Source: a virus (lineage: Duplodnaviria > Caudoviricetes). Taken from it: 64,000 bases of DNA. The number at the start of each line of letters is the position of its first letter. The first letter of the stretch is position 1. The translations under genes and the position numbers were made by a program. The DNA is taken from positions 1 through 64,000 of IMG/VR virus record IMGVR_UViG_3300021387_001083; one strand, given 5' to 3'. This document shows, piece by piece, positions 54,903 through 64,000 of this stretch. Under the pieces are notes generated by a model. The model had not been told where the DNA came from. It worked only from the letters and a program-made list of their open reading frames with translations, and did not search any database.

Positions 54903-55466
54903 TTAAGTTTTTTTAAATAATGAAAGTAGTTTGGAGTCTTTTTTATCACTAGAATGTCTTGCATAAAATGATTTGTTATTATAGTCGATAATATAGTTAT
55001 GAGCATCAAAGAAGTTACTGCCTAAAAGTCCATGTATTGATACACCTGTATCTTTCTTTATTATACCAAATGTTTCTGTGAAATCATTTAATATAAAAGA
55101 ATCAGACATCTGAATACCATTACATTGGAATTCTATATCTTCTATGGATTTACTTCCAACTTCTCCAGCAATACCGACAACTTTCTTTGTTTTTTGATTA
55201 TGATGTTTTTTGAACAAAGTGTTATAAACATTTTTGTCAATGTACGACATCACGCTACCAGTATCAAGAATCATGTTAAATGTCTTGTTCTGTATTACAA
55301 TAGGTATTATCGGTAAACCTGTAAGTCTTAAAGCTTCGTTGAAAGAGACAGTATTTTTTACTTTTTCAAATTCATTTTTATAGAATTTGAAATGGCTGTG
55401 GTTGAATAACAGTAATCCAATTAAAACCAGTATTATAATTCCAGTAATAATTGGAACTGCTGTCAT
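54903..55466 (-). CDS. Membrane-anchored retropepsin-like aspartic protease
   Basis: N-terminal TM helix, ILDTGS catalytic motif, and C-terminal IHGLLGSNFF. Confidence 0.8.
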   Translation of the reverse strand: MTAVPIITGIIILVLIGLLLFNHSHFKFYKNEFEKVKNTVSFNEALRLTGLPIIPIVIQNKTFNMILDTGSVMSYIDKNVYNTLFKKHHNQKTKKVVGIAGEVGSKSIEDIEFQCNGIQMSDSFILNDFTETFGIIKKDTGVSIHGLLGSNFFDAHNYIIDYNNKSFYARHSSDKKDSKLLSLFKKT

Positions 55467-57730
55467 TCGTCTATATCAGTTTGTTGTACATAAGATAACA
55501 TACACACAGAATATCCACACGAAGAACAATGCTTACAGCCACCTTCGTTGATTATAGGACTTCCACATTCTGGACAGATTTCTGCCGAAGCTTCTTCTGT
55601 AGAATTGTATTTGTTGAGTACTCTTATCATTGCTGCGGTAAAAGTACTAATCATTGGATTTGTCTTTTTAAGAGTTTTTACAATATATTTTATATCGGCT
55701 CCATGTCTTAAACCCAACGAAGCCAGTAATGTAGCAACTCTTTCGGGACTTTCCTCATCAATTATGGCAATATTGCTGTCATACTTAAGTCCGATATAAT
55801 CATCATCTTTACAGTCAGAAGTCCAAGTGTATACACCTTTCTTTACTTTTGTAATAACACCTTTTCCAAAAGCTACCTTTGTTTTCTCATCTGTGGCTTT
55901 GGCAAAAATTTCATATGGTTTACCCTCATAAAGGCCTATGAAAATATTAAAAAGCTGCTTGTTTGCTACGACTTGATACCATTCAGCTTCAAGTGTTTTA
56001 GGTCTTTTTGGAGCTTGTCTGCCAGATTCCATTTTTGTAGTGCTGTTTGTAGACAAGATTGCATCTCTACTACCGTCAACATAAATAGTCATACCTTTAC
56101 AACCAAGAGACCAAGCATTAAGATATAAATCTTCTATTTGTTCTATCGTGGTTTCTTTTGGAAGATTTACAGTACTTGATATTGCAGTATCTACATGATT
56201 ATTTATAGCTGCTTGTAATTTAACTCTTTGCTTGTATGGAATTTGTGCAGCAGTTATAAAATAATCTGGAACAGCTAAGGTATTTCCAAATTTATCATAC
56301 CAATCTTGCAATGTTTTGACATGTACAGTATATTCTGTATCTTTGCCATTCAAAGAAACAGTTCTTCTGACATAGCTTGTTGCAAACCAAGGCTCAATTC
56401 CACCAGAAATATTCAACATTGTACCAATGCTTCCTGTAGGAGCTATACTTATCAATGTTGCGTTTCTAAGACAGTTCTTTTGTTTATAATAATTTATCTT
56501 TTCTGGTGCAACGTTTGTTTTGATAAATTCACTATCCCATACTTCAGGGGAATAGCCAGGGAAACTACCTCTTTCTTCTGCAAGGTCTACACTTGCCGAC
56601 AAGGCTTCATTGAAAATGAACTTTGTCAAGTCTGAAAGAAAAGAAATGCTTGCTTCAGAACCATAGACAAGTCCTAATGTTGCAAACATATCTGCAACAC
56701 CCATAAAACCAATGCCTATATTTCTCCATTTCAAAGAGGCTTCTTTCTGTTCAGTCAATGCATGGTTGCCCTTATTCTCATCGATAAGATCATCCATAGC
56801 TTTGACAATGACTGCAATATCTTTCGACAACTGCTGTCTGTCTACATAAGCAGTAGATTCGAATGGATTTACAACATATTCTAACAGATTGATACTGCAT
56901 AAATTACAGCAACCATGCTTAGGTAAAGGTTGTTCGCCACATGGATTAGTAGTCTCAATTTTATATTCAGGAATCAGTTCCATCATATTATAGTTACGAA
57001 GCCTGTTTACATAAAGAATACCTGGTTCTGCATGATTTCTTGCATACTCACATATCTTTTTGTAAACATCTATTGGACAGACTTCATATTCAACAATATG
57101 ACCAGAATAATTGCGTTTTACAGTAACTGTCTCTTTAATTCCCTCAATGTAATATTTCTGGACATACGTCATAAATTCATCATCAATCTCTACAGATAAA
57201 TTACAATTGTTTATCTTGTTATTGTTGGATTTTACTGTAATGAAATCGAGTATGTCTTTATGCCAGACATCAAGAGAAACCATCAATGCACCGCGTCTTG
57301 CGTTACCTTGGCTTATAGCACCCGTAGTGGTGTTAAACATCTCCAAGAACGGCAATATGCCATCCGAAGTGTAATTTTTATTTATTGGTGTCCCTTTAGG
57401 TCTTATGTGAGATAAAGATACACCTTGTCCACCTTGGGCCTGAAATGTTTTAGCAATCTGTGTGTTTGTAAGTAGTATATCATCCAAAGAATCTTCAACA
57501 AAACCTCTGGAATAACAATTAGAGTTAGTACCTTGATTAAGGCCTCTGTTTGCAAGAGTTCGTCCGCCGAAAAGAAATTTTCTCTTTTTTATAAGAGCTT
57601 TAACTTCTTTATTTTTGCCTGATACTCTATCAAGCCATTCATCAAAGCTTTCTTCTTTGTATCGATATTTCCTTTTCCAAATATCAATACCAAGTACATT
57701 ATCATTTCTTAACCATTCTTCTATGGTCAT
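55463..57730 (-). CDS. nrdJ: Class II (adenosylcobalamin-dependent) ribonucleotide reductase with C-terminal TSCPD-like/Zn-ribbon region
   Basis: FLFGGRTLANRG, NSNCY, TNPCGEQPL, CNLCSINL, IAPTGSI and CPECG...GCKHCSSCG. No NrdB/F gene is nearby. Confidence 0.8.
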   Translation of the reverse strand: MTIEEWLRNDNVLGIDIWKRKYRYKEESFDEWLDRVSGKNKEVKALIKKRKFLFGGRTLANRGLNQGTNSNCYSRGFVEDSLDDILLTNTQIAKTFQAQGGQGVSLSHIRPKGTPINKNYTSDGILPFLEMFNTTTGAISQGNARRGALMVSLDVWHKDILDFITVKSNNNKINNCNLSVEIDDEFMTYVQKYYIEGIKETVTVKRNYSGHIVEYEVCPIDVYKKICEYARNHAEPGILYVNRLRNYNMMELIPEYKIETTNPCGEQPLPKHGCCNLCSINLLEYVVNPFESTAYVDRQQLSKDIAVIVKAMDDLIDENKGNHALTEQKEASLKWRNIGIGFMGVADMFATLGLVYGSEASISFLSDLTKFIFNEALSASVDLAEERGSFPGYSPEVWDSEFIKTNVAPEKINYYKQKNCLRNATLISIAPTGSIGTMLNISGGIEPWFATSYVRRTVSLNGKDTEYTVHVKTLQDWYDKFGNTLAVPDYFITAAQIPYKQRVKLQAAINNHVDTAISSTVNLPKETTIEQIEDLYLNAWSLGCKGMTIYVDGSRDAILSTNSTTKMESGRQAPKRPKTLEAEWYQVVANKQLFNIFIGLYEGKPYEIFAKATDEKTKVAFGKGVITKVKKGVYTWTSDCKDDDYIGLKYDSNIAIIDEESPERVATLLASLGLRHGADIKYIVKTLKKTNPMISTFTAAMIRVLNKYNSTEEASAEICPECGSPIINEGGCKHCSSCGYSVCMLSYVQQTDIDE

Positions 57731-57736
57731 TAAAAA

Positions 57737-58807
57737 TTACAATTTATTTAAATAATTTGTTAGATTGTTTGGTTCAGTGACACTTATACCTTTGGGTACC
57801 AATGGCTTATTTTCAATATAATATTTCAACTCCAATGCTACATCTTCAGGATCTTTAAAGATAAATTTCTGTGTTTCACCATATTCAAGTGTACCATATT
57901 CAAAACAGTCGTCAAATTGCCATATCAATGGTATCATTGAAAATTTGCCTATAACGATAAATTGAAACGGTAATATTTTGAAAGATTTGAAATAGTCTGA
58001 GTTTTTTATGACTTCTTTCAATATTCTTACATAAAGTCTTGCTTGCATATGATAGTTGTACTTGTTTACAGATTTATAGAAATTCCATTCATATTCGGAA
58101 GATGTTTTTAAGTCAGCTATTTGTATTGTCTTGTTATAATGGTCAACAATAACACAATCAAACATTCCTTTATATTCTATTCCTTTAAGGAATGCTGTAA
58201 ATTTAAGCTGATAAAACTTATCTATACCTGTTTCAATGGATTTGTTGAAATAGAATTTCGTAGTATTCGACTCTTTAAGTTTATAGTAAACCTCCATGAC
58301 TTTTTGATAAAAATCAGGATCCAGAAGTTTCCTATCTCCCACAGTTCTTAAAAAGTCAAAATAATCCGATCCTTGAGTTATTATTTTTTCATATCTCGTA
58401 AGATCTTTCCAATTTGGTTGCCATTGAAATGCATCACAAGTATCTATGATGTCATCCAAAGAGATGTCTGGAAGCCGTACATTTGAATTTTTCTTTGATT
58501 CAATTGTATATAAAGCTTCAACAATATTCTTTACTGTTTCTGAAACTTTTTTGAAATCAGCAACAATAAACTTTTTGTTAAAAGCATCAATACCTTCTGT
58601 GATAAGACAATCTACAGCAGCACCAAACGATAGACTTTCAGTATTTACATGCTCTTTTAAAGAATCTAATTTTTCAAAGCCTTCTCTGTTGAACTTCGAA
58701 ATCATACTGAAATCCATAGCTGGGTATTTTCGATATTCTTCTTCAGTCCAGTCTTTAGCCAGAGAAGACAGATCAGTATTCACACTCGTCGTCATCATCG
58801 TCTCCAT
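57737..58807 (-). CDS. PD-(D/E)XK (RecB/Cas4-like) exonuclease
   Basis: LSFGAAVDCLIT, KGMFDCVIVDH, IADLKTS and YHMQARLY. Confidence 0.75.
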   Translation of the reverse strand: METMMTTSVNTDLSSLAKDWTEEEYRKYPAMDFSMISKFNREGFEKLDSLKEHVNTESLSFGAAVDCLITEGIDAFNKKFIVADFKKVSETVKNIVEALYTIESKKNSNVRLPDISLDDIIDTCDAFQWQPNWKDLTRYEKIITQGSDYFDFLRTVGDRKLLDPDFYQKVMEVYYKLKESNTTKFYFNKSIETGIDKFYQLKFTAFLKGIEYKGMFDCVIVDHYNKTIQIADLKTSSEYEWNFYKSVNKYNYHMQARLYVRILKEVIKNSDYFKSFKILPFQFIVIGKFSMIPLIWQFDDCFEYGTLEYGETQKFIFKDPEDVALELKYYIENKPLVPKGISVTEPNNLTNYLNKL

Positions 58808-59054
58808 AAATAAGTTGTTCCTTTACATTAGCACAAGCTAAATTTGCTATAAGTTGATGAAAAGAACGATAATAAGGATTCTCCCAAGGATCTTTATCCG
58901 TGTCTTTTAATATCTTATATATTTCACCCTGTTTTATTCTGGCTATTGTTTCGGCTTCTGCATAACGTTTTTCTACAATACAAGTCTTCAGTTTGTCATA
59001 ATCTTGCATTGTAACAGCAGGTTTTAAAGCCTCAAGTATTTCCAACGTAGTCAT
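58773..59054 (-). CDS. Hypothetical protein
   Basis: 93-aa ORF overlapping its neighbours by a few nt. Confidence 0.45.
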   Translation of the reverse strand: MTTLEILEALKPAVTMQDYDKLKTCIVEKRYAEAETIARIKQGEIYKILKDTDKDPWENPYYRSFHQLIANLACANVKEQLIYGDDDDDECEY

Positions 59055-59491
59055 TGTAATTGTTTTAAATGTTTAACAAATTCTGTAACTTCTGATATAG
59101 AATTTATTCTTAAAATGATATAGCGTTCTTTATCTTCAAATTTTTCAAACAGTTTCCTGAAAAGTTTGAATTTATAAGGAAAGACATCATTTTCAAAACC
59201 CTTGACTTCAATAATAATCTTGTAATTGTTATACTCTATGATAAAATCAGGAGTATATGTCCAATCACGCAATTTTGCAGAGTTGTTTTTGAAACAGTGT
59301 TTTTTCTTGTTATAAACCCAAAAAGGCACTGTAGGTTTAAACCCTTCAAACAATAAAAAAGTCTGAGCTTCATATTTTGGTTGAAACCCAGACTCTTTCA
59401 ATTTTTCATAGACTTTTTTTTCAAGAATGCTTTTGAATTGAATTCCGTCAAAAAAAGTCATAGTAGCATTTTTGATCTTTTTGTTTATCAC
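59051..59491 (-). CDS. T7 endonuclease I / DUF1064-like endonuclease (putative Holliday junction resolvase)
   Basis: DGIQFKSILE...YTPDFII...IIEVKG. Confidence 0.75.
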   Translation of the reverse strand: MINKKIKNATMTFFDGIQFKSILEKKVYEKLKESGFQPKYEAQTFLLFEGFKPTVPFWVYNKKKHCFKNNSAKLRDWTYTPDFIIEYNNYKIIIEVKGFENDVFPYKFKLFRKLFEKFEDKERYIILRINSISEVTEFVKHLKQLQ

Positions 59492-60738
59492 GAGTAAGTT
59501 ATAAAATCACTAAGCATAATATTGTCTTCTATGGTTGTATCACTGCCTGCAAAATCTTCATTGATTTTCTGCATTTGCGAAACATAATAGAGTTCTGTGA
59601 TACGTTCTTTCATGTATGTGCTTTGTTTATACTGGTATATTTCGTCGCATATTGCATGAAAATAAGGTGTTGCAATTTCTCTATGTCTGATTTTATCACG
59701 TAATGTATCAATATCAACAGGACCAAATTTCTTGGTTAAAACTTCTGCATATTGAAGCAATGCATTAAGCAACATAATCCAAGTGCAGACTTTCGTAAAA
59801 TTATACGTAGGTCTTAAGAATCGAAATTCTATTGTTTTCGGAGATTTATAACAAAGAATATTTATAAAATTGATCCAATAATATCTTGTATTGATTTGCC
59901 ATTTTCTATTGTGTTCGATATCATTGGGATGATTTTGATAAAGATCTCCAAAGAAGTTATTACCAACAAAGTAGTTGTAGAATTGTTCGAATGTTTTAAG
60001 TTCTTCTGCGCTTGGCAATGATCTGCAATAACTTTTCCCATTCTTCTTATAGTTCTCCGTATTGAACACATATTTGTTGGTTAATTTTTCGATTTCTCCT
60101 TTTTCTTGAAGCCAATAACATAATGTATACAATGTGAATATATAATCAGGTTCAACAGGAAAACCACCGAAATGGATATGAAGTGCACATTCTTTATTAT
60201 AGGCTGTATATTTTCGTAGAAGATTCAATTGCTGTTTCACTAAATTCAAACCTCTACTTTTAGCCAGCACTATAGTGGAATATTCGTTTCCTGAAATAGA
60301 ACCATCTCTAAGAGGAATAAGACCACTTAAAAAACATTGGTCTTCAGGAATGCAACCCATTGAGGTTTCATATTCAAGACCAAATGTGTATTTAAGTTTC
60401 CCAGAACCTATGAATTTATAATTCGTCGTAGGTTCTTCTTTGCCATTAAAGATGTTGAAGTGGTCTACTGCTTCATATACCTGTTCAAACCTATATGGAT
60501 ATACATGTGTACCTTTATATACAGTATGTCTTAAAATATCGGATTTTAAAAATTTGTTTTTCAAATAATACCGACCTGATATAGTAGAGAAAAACACAAT
60601 ATTTTTTACGGCTTCATAACTGTCTGCTATATAAACTACTTCATCAAAATTGTCACAGATTTCAATATGTTTATATTCAGGCTCTTTTAAAATACCAAAT
60701 ACTGGTTGATCATCTTGTGTATTTACTATACCTCTCAT
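59488..60738 (-). CDS. Putative amidoligase (COOH-NH2 ligase / glutamine-synthetase-like fold, Amidoligase_2-type)
   Basis: FGLEYET, LRDGSI...EYST, CALHIHFG, RYYWINF and TIEFRF. Confidence 0.75.
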   Translation of the reverse strand: MRGIVNTQDDQPVFGILKEPEYKHIEICDNFDEVVYIADSYEAVKNIVFFSTISGRYYLKNKFLKSDILRHTVYKGTHVYPYRFEQVYEAVDHFNIFNGKEEPTTNYKFIGSGKLKYTFGLEYETSMGCIPEDQCFLSGLIPLRDGSISGNEYSTIVLAKSRGLNLVKQQLNLLRKYTAYNKECALHIHFGGFPVEPDYIFTLYTLCYWLQEKGEIEKLTNKYVFNTENYKKNGKSYCRSLPSAEELKTFEQFYNYFVGNNFFGDLYQNHPNDIEHNRKWQINTRYYWINFINILCYKSPKTIEFRFLRPTYNFTKVCTWIMLLNALLQYAEVLTKKFGPVDIDTLRDKIRHREIATPYFHAICDEIYQYKQSTYMKERITELYYVSQMQKINEDFAGSDTTIEDNIMLSDFITYS

Positions 60739-62159
60739 CCCAAATAAAATTTTCTTAATTCACCAAATTGTATTCTGTCTTTTTTATTCCAAATAGCTTT
60801 GAAATCATTTTCTGTAGAACAACGTGTCCATTCATTAATCACCTTGCCTTCGGAAATGGTGTATTGTTTTCCGCTGAGAACTTTGTGAAGGACACCTGAA
60901 TATATCGTCTGATCAAATACATCACCGACAACAAAAGGTGATTCTGGCTCAGTAGAATCTTCTCTTAAAGGATAAGCCGAAAGATAATACAACAAATCCG
61001 GATATGCGTAGATAAAATCATCAAGATTCACATTAGACTTTTTTCTTAATGCGTTAAGAAAATTGAAACAATTTTTGTTTTTCAACAAAATACCGTCCCA
61101 AAAATGCAATTCATACAAAATATCTTTCGTTGAATCAGCATGAAGTCTTCCAAATTTGTTAACCGAATACGTTCCAGTGACATTCTTACCATCCATTATA
61201 TACCTATCACGTCTATTAGCATAATAAATATATTGTTTGGTATTTGTTTCGTTGTAGGAACTTATTAAACCAGAAGATTCAGGGAATACATCATCGTCAT
61301 CGTCATCATACCAATCATAGTGTGGTTTAACGATTGCTTTTGTTGGAGTAGTTTGTTTTGATGACGAGTAATAAGATGAATAATTTTCATAGCCATTTGT
61401 AAACCTATATTGTCCTGACTGACTTACAGAACTTCTGTCATATTCTCGTATGCAATATAATTCAGAATTCTTTAATTCAATAAGTATATTTGAAGTTATA
61501 GTGTTTACCGTAGCATTAGGTTTAAAAGCCTTAAAGTATGTAGGTATTGAAGAAAAGACAAAACTCTTGTTGATATAAGTAAAATAGAAAGGTCTTTCTT
61601 CTTTAACATCGGAATTAGTATATTCATATTCTCTAGAACTGCCCCGAAACATCAATATCTTTGTAGGATTTGAGCGATAGTCGACAATGAAAAACACAGA
61701 TCCTCCATAATATTCAGATAAACAATCATAACCAGCATTATAGAAAATATTGGCCATGACTTGGGAATCTGTCATACCTGTGATATCAATATTGGGGATG
61801 TATTTTTTTGCCAATTCACCATAATTATAGATCGTTCCATTATGTATAACTACAAAATCAGGCTTATTGTTCTTATATATAACTACAGGTTGTGCGGTTT
61901 TTTTAGAGACAGAACCTACGGAAGCTTTTCTGCAATGGCCAAGTGCAATAGTTGAAAATTTGGTATTTTTTAGAATTTTACTTGTTTGCAGAAAATCATA
62001 GAAATATTTCTCTTTCTCAGTTCCGTATTCTAAAGCGCCATCTATGAACACACCACAAGAGTCGCCTCCACGTGCATCATTCAATATGCCAAGAACATTA
62101 AATAATTCGTTATTGAATGGTTGTTTTTTAGCATTTATAATTCCAAATATTCCACACAT
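60735..62159 (-). CDS. Class II (Ntn) glutamine amidotransferase-domain protein
   Basis: N-terminal MCGIFG nucleophile, RGGDSCG, GHCRKAS, HNGTIYN and TDSQ. Confidence 0.85.
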   Translation of the reverse strand: MCGIFGIINAKKQPFNNELFNVLGILNDARGGDSCGVFIDGALEYGTEKEKYFYDFLQTSKILKNTKFSTIALGHCRKASVGSVSKKTAQPVVIYKNNKPDFVVIHNGTIYNYGELAKKYIPNIDITGMTDSQVMANIFYNAGYDCLSEYYGGSVFFIVDYRSNPTKILMFRGSSREYEYTNSDVKEERPFYFTYINKSFVFSSIPTYFKAFKPNATVNTITSNILIELKNSELYCIREYDRSSVSQSGQYRFTNGYENYSSYYSSSKQTTPTKAIVKPHYDWYDDDDDDVFPESSGLISSYNETNTKQYIYYANRRDRYIMDGKNVTGTYSVNKFGRLHADSTKDILYELHFWDGILLKNKNCFNFLNALRKKSNVNLDDFIYAYPDLLYYLSAYPLREDSTEPESPFVVGDVFDQTIYSGVLHKVLSGKQYTISEGKVINEWTRCSTENDFKAIWNKKDRIQFGELRKFYLG

Positions 62160-62160
62160 C

Positions 62161-62961
62161 TTATATCATTTTTTTTTGATTTTTTAAAATATTGTATGTA
62201 CGACATACACTCATTGCTTTTTCTTTGCATCCTTCGTTAATGATTTTTTGTGTTTCATCTTCTGGAAACAATTCTTTATTTTCAACAAAAGCGTTATAAG
62301 CAGCCATAGCTTGTGTGAAAGCAAATTCCATCAATTCGTCATTTGCAATAAAAGCTCCTGAAAGCACTCTGTATTCGAGGCCGTATGGACATAATCTGAA
62401 GCTTCCGGCTTTACCGTAAAGCTGACGTCTTTCGGAATCGTCATCAAACAATACAGAAGGAATTCCGACATACATATCCATATAACGTACAAGCATCAAT
62501 GAATCGTATGTATTAGGTCTGTCATAACCTAAATGAATATGGCAGCCTGTCGAACGTAGGTCTGTGGATTCACCCTTTGGTTTTGGGTTTGGTCTTTCAG
62601 TATATACATTATAATCGACAGAACATCCAAAAAGCTTAGCTTCTTTGCTTTTAAGCTGGTCTTTGTCAACATGTGCTGAAGCTTTGCAAAGAATGTCATA
62701 ATCAGGATTTGCTTTTTGTACAAAGTTTCTGATATAATCCTTCATATAATTCATATGATGTAACCATTCTTCAAGCGTTGTACATGGTGGAATGTTGAAT
62801 TCTGCCAAAATATTGTCTATTTCAAGGCCGAAACCTTCAGGCATATCATCGCTTCTATAAGGGTTACCTTTTTCACCGGGAATAATACCAATGGACGATA
62901 TTATTTTTTCATTCCGTTTGTCATAAATAAACAGTTCGGGATCTGCACCTATTGTTATCAT
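62161..62961 (-). CDS. phiEco32-like COOH-NH2 ligase type 2
   Basis: TIGADPELF, DNILAEFNIPP, FGCSVDYNVY, RSTGCHIHLG and RRQLYGKAGSFR..PYGLEYRVLS. Confidence 0.85.
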   Translation of the reverse strand: MITIGADPELFIYDKRNEKIISSIGIIPGEKGNPYRSDDMPEGFGLEIDNILAEFNIPPCTTLEEWLHHMNYMKDYIRNFVQKANPDYDILCKASAHVDKDQLKSKEAKLFGCSVDYNVYTERPNPKPKGESTDLRSTGCHIHLGYDRPNTYDSLMLVRYMDMYVGIPSVLFDDDSERRQLYGKAGSFRLCPYGLEYRVLSGAFIANDELMEFAFTQAMAAYNAFVENKELFPEDETQKIINEGCKEKAMSVCRTYNILKNQKKMI

Positions 62962-62963
62962 TT

Positions 62964-63620
62964 TTATATTAAAGACTTTAAAATGTTATTGAATGTTTTT
63001 ATTGTTTGTGAGTTTAAATCCATCATCTCAGGATGTCCTTGAATAGCAAGGAATTTTGGATTGTTTTGTTTATGAAACAAAATTACTTCTGGTTCACCAA
63101 AAGTATTTATTTTTGATATTTTTTCAACATCACCATCGAATTTGTCACCAGCATAATAGCCTTTGCTTCTTTGTTCTTCAGATATATAAAGTAATGTGTA
63201 ATCATCTGGATCCATATCATAAGGATACATCATCTGATGATGCAAAGAAGGAATATCCAATTCCAAAGGCAGTTCTTCGTTATCAGATACATTAATGATG
63301 GAATGAGTGCTACCAATCCAGTGGTTGTCGACATCTTGTACCAGCAAACCACCATTCAGCGCACATGCTAACTGTGCTCCTCTACATATGCCGAGACCAA
63401 TCTGGTCATTTCTCATTTTATGGTAACATTCAAGTTCATATTTATCACGAGCTTCAGTGAAGTATGTAGTTTTATGAACTTTACAACCATATAATGCAGG
63501 ATTTATGTCCTCGCCTCCAGTGAACAATACTATGTCTGCGTCTTCAATGGATTTTACTATTTCCAGCGATTCAATCCATCTTGAATAACTTTTACTGAAA
63601 CCAACTACAAATACTTTCAT
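62964..63620 (-). CDS. Class I glutamine amidotransferase / peptidase C26 (gamma-glutamyl hydrolase-like)
   Basis: LFTGGEDI.P..YG, RD.YE, GICRGAQ (catalytic Cys), HHQ and QGHPE. Confidence 0.85.
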   Translation of the reverse strand: MKVFVVGFSKSYSRWIESLEIVKSIEDADIVLFTGGEDINPALYGCKVHKTTYFTEARDKYELECYHKMRNDQIGLGICRGAQLACALNGGLLVQDVDNHWIGSTHSIINVSDNEELPLELDIPSLHHQMMYPYDMDPDDYTLLYISEEQRSKGYYAGDKFDGDVEKISKINTFGEPEVILFHKQNNPKFLAIQGHPEMMDLNSQTIKTFNNILKSLI

Positions 63621-64000
63621 TTTTTATAAAACGCTTTAAAATTATCCTTATAATAAGTTAATCTTTTATCAAAATTATTGATCCAAAAACTATAATTATA
63701 TGCCATATATTTATAGTCATTATCAATAAAACCAAATGCATTGTTTTTGATACGTCCGTAAAACTCACTAAATTTAGTCAGACTGGCACTGTAGTTTTGA
63801 ATACTATCGTCATCAGATTCTTCCAATGCTTCAAGATCAAGTTCTTCTTTATCGTCTTCTATATCTTTCAAATATGTTTCCAGTTTGTTATAAAACTGTG
63901 TTTTTGAAAAATGGTTTAGAAGAGAAATGTCATCATACTCGCTACAAGCAAAGAAATCGTACTCGCGTTCAGAAAAAAGTATTTCCTTTGTAGTAAAATT
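63617..64000 (-). CDS. Hypothetical protein, 5'-truncated by the window edge
   Basis: The frame of the 63617..63871 ORF stays open to position 64000 (NFTTKEILFSERE...LETYLKDIED). Confidence 0.55.
   Translation of the reverse strand, partial: NFTTKEILFSEREYDFFACSEYDDISLLNHFSKTQFYNKLETYLKDIEDDKEELDLEALEESDDDSIQNYSASLTKFSEFYGRIKNNAFGFIDNDYKYMAYNYSFWINNFDKRLTYYKDNFKAFYKK

Noticed and set aside
41181-57730. Introns or inteins in RNAP, PolB and RNR
   Set aside because: The ORFs are uninterrupted, with no C/S...HN intein termini or homing endonuclease motifs seen and sizes consistent with intact enzymes.
1-64000. Alternative genetic code (TAG/TGA reassignment known in some crAss-like phages)
   Set aside because: Standard-code ORFs tile both arms densely, including 2900-aa genes, so there is no sign of stop-codon readthrough.
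1-64000. tRNA genes, CRISPR arrays, or a DGR template repeat/RT in this window
   Set aside because: Intergenic gaps are short (under about 150 nt) and contain only promoters and terminators. No repeat-spacer pattern, cloverleaf, second copy of the 2640-2825 sequence or RT (YxDD) gene was seen by eye. A computational scan would be needed to be certain.

Overview
This is a 64-kb stretch of an AT-rich crAss-like (Crassvirales) Bacteroidota phage genome with two convergent arms and the standard genetic code. All family assignments come from motif recognition only; no database search was run. The + arm (1-36.9 kb) holds tail fibre/receptor-binding genes, a lysis/accessory block, the conserved crAss head block (scaffold-like protein, major capsid protein, head/tail ring proteins), an HU/IHF-like gene, tail tube and muzzle genes, and virion cargo proteins ending in a 2909-aa polyvalent protein. 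The - arm (37-64 kb) holds a 1402-aa cargo protein, a 2947-aa fused multisubunit-type RNA polymerase (GSDFDID), a solo HicA, an RNA ligase, DUF3310, a metallophosphoesterase, PolB, a retropepsin-like protease, a class II RNR, nucleases and a phiEco32-like amidoligase/glutamine-amidotransferase cluster. The main oddities are four. (1) A sharply GC-rich DGR variable-region-like cassette lies inside an Mtd_N/C-type-lectin tail fibre, with no TR or RT visible in the window. (2) One virion cargo protein carries an ADP-ribosyltransferase-like domain, while the virion RNAP carries NADAR and SLOG domains, suggesting a possible co-injected ADP-ribose writer/eraser pair. (3) There is a four-enzyme amidoligase/GATase operon. 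(4) An antitoxin-less HicA is coupled to an RNA-repair ligase. No terminase, portal, tRNA, CRISPR array, intron or intein was seen.
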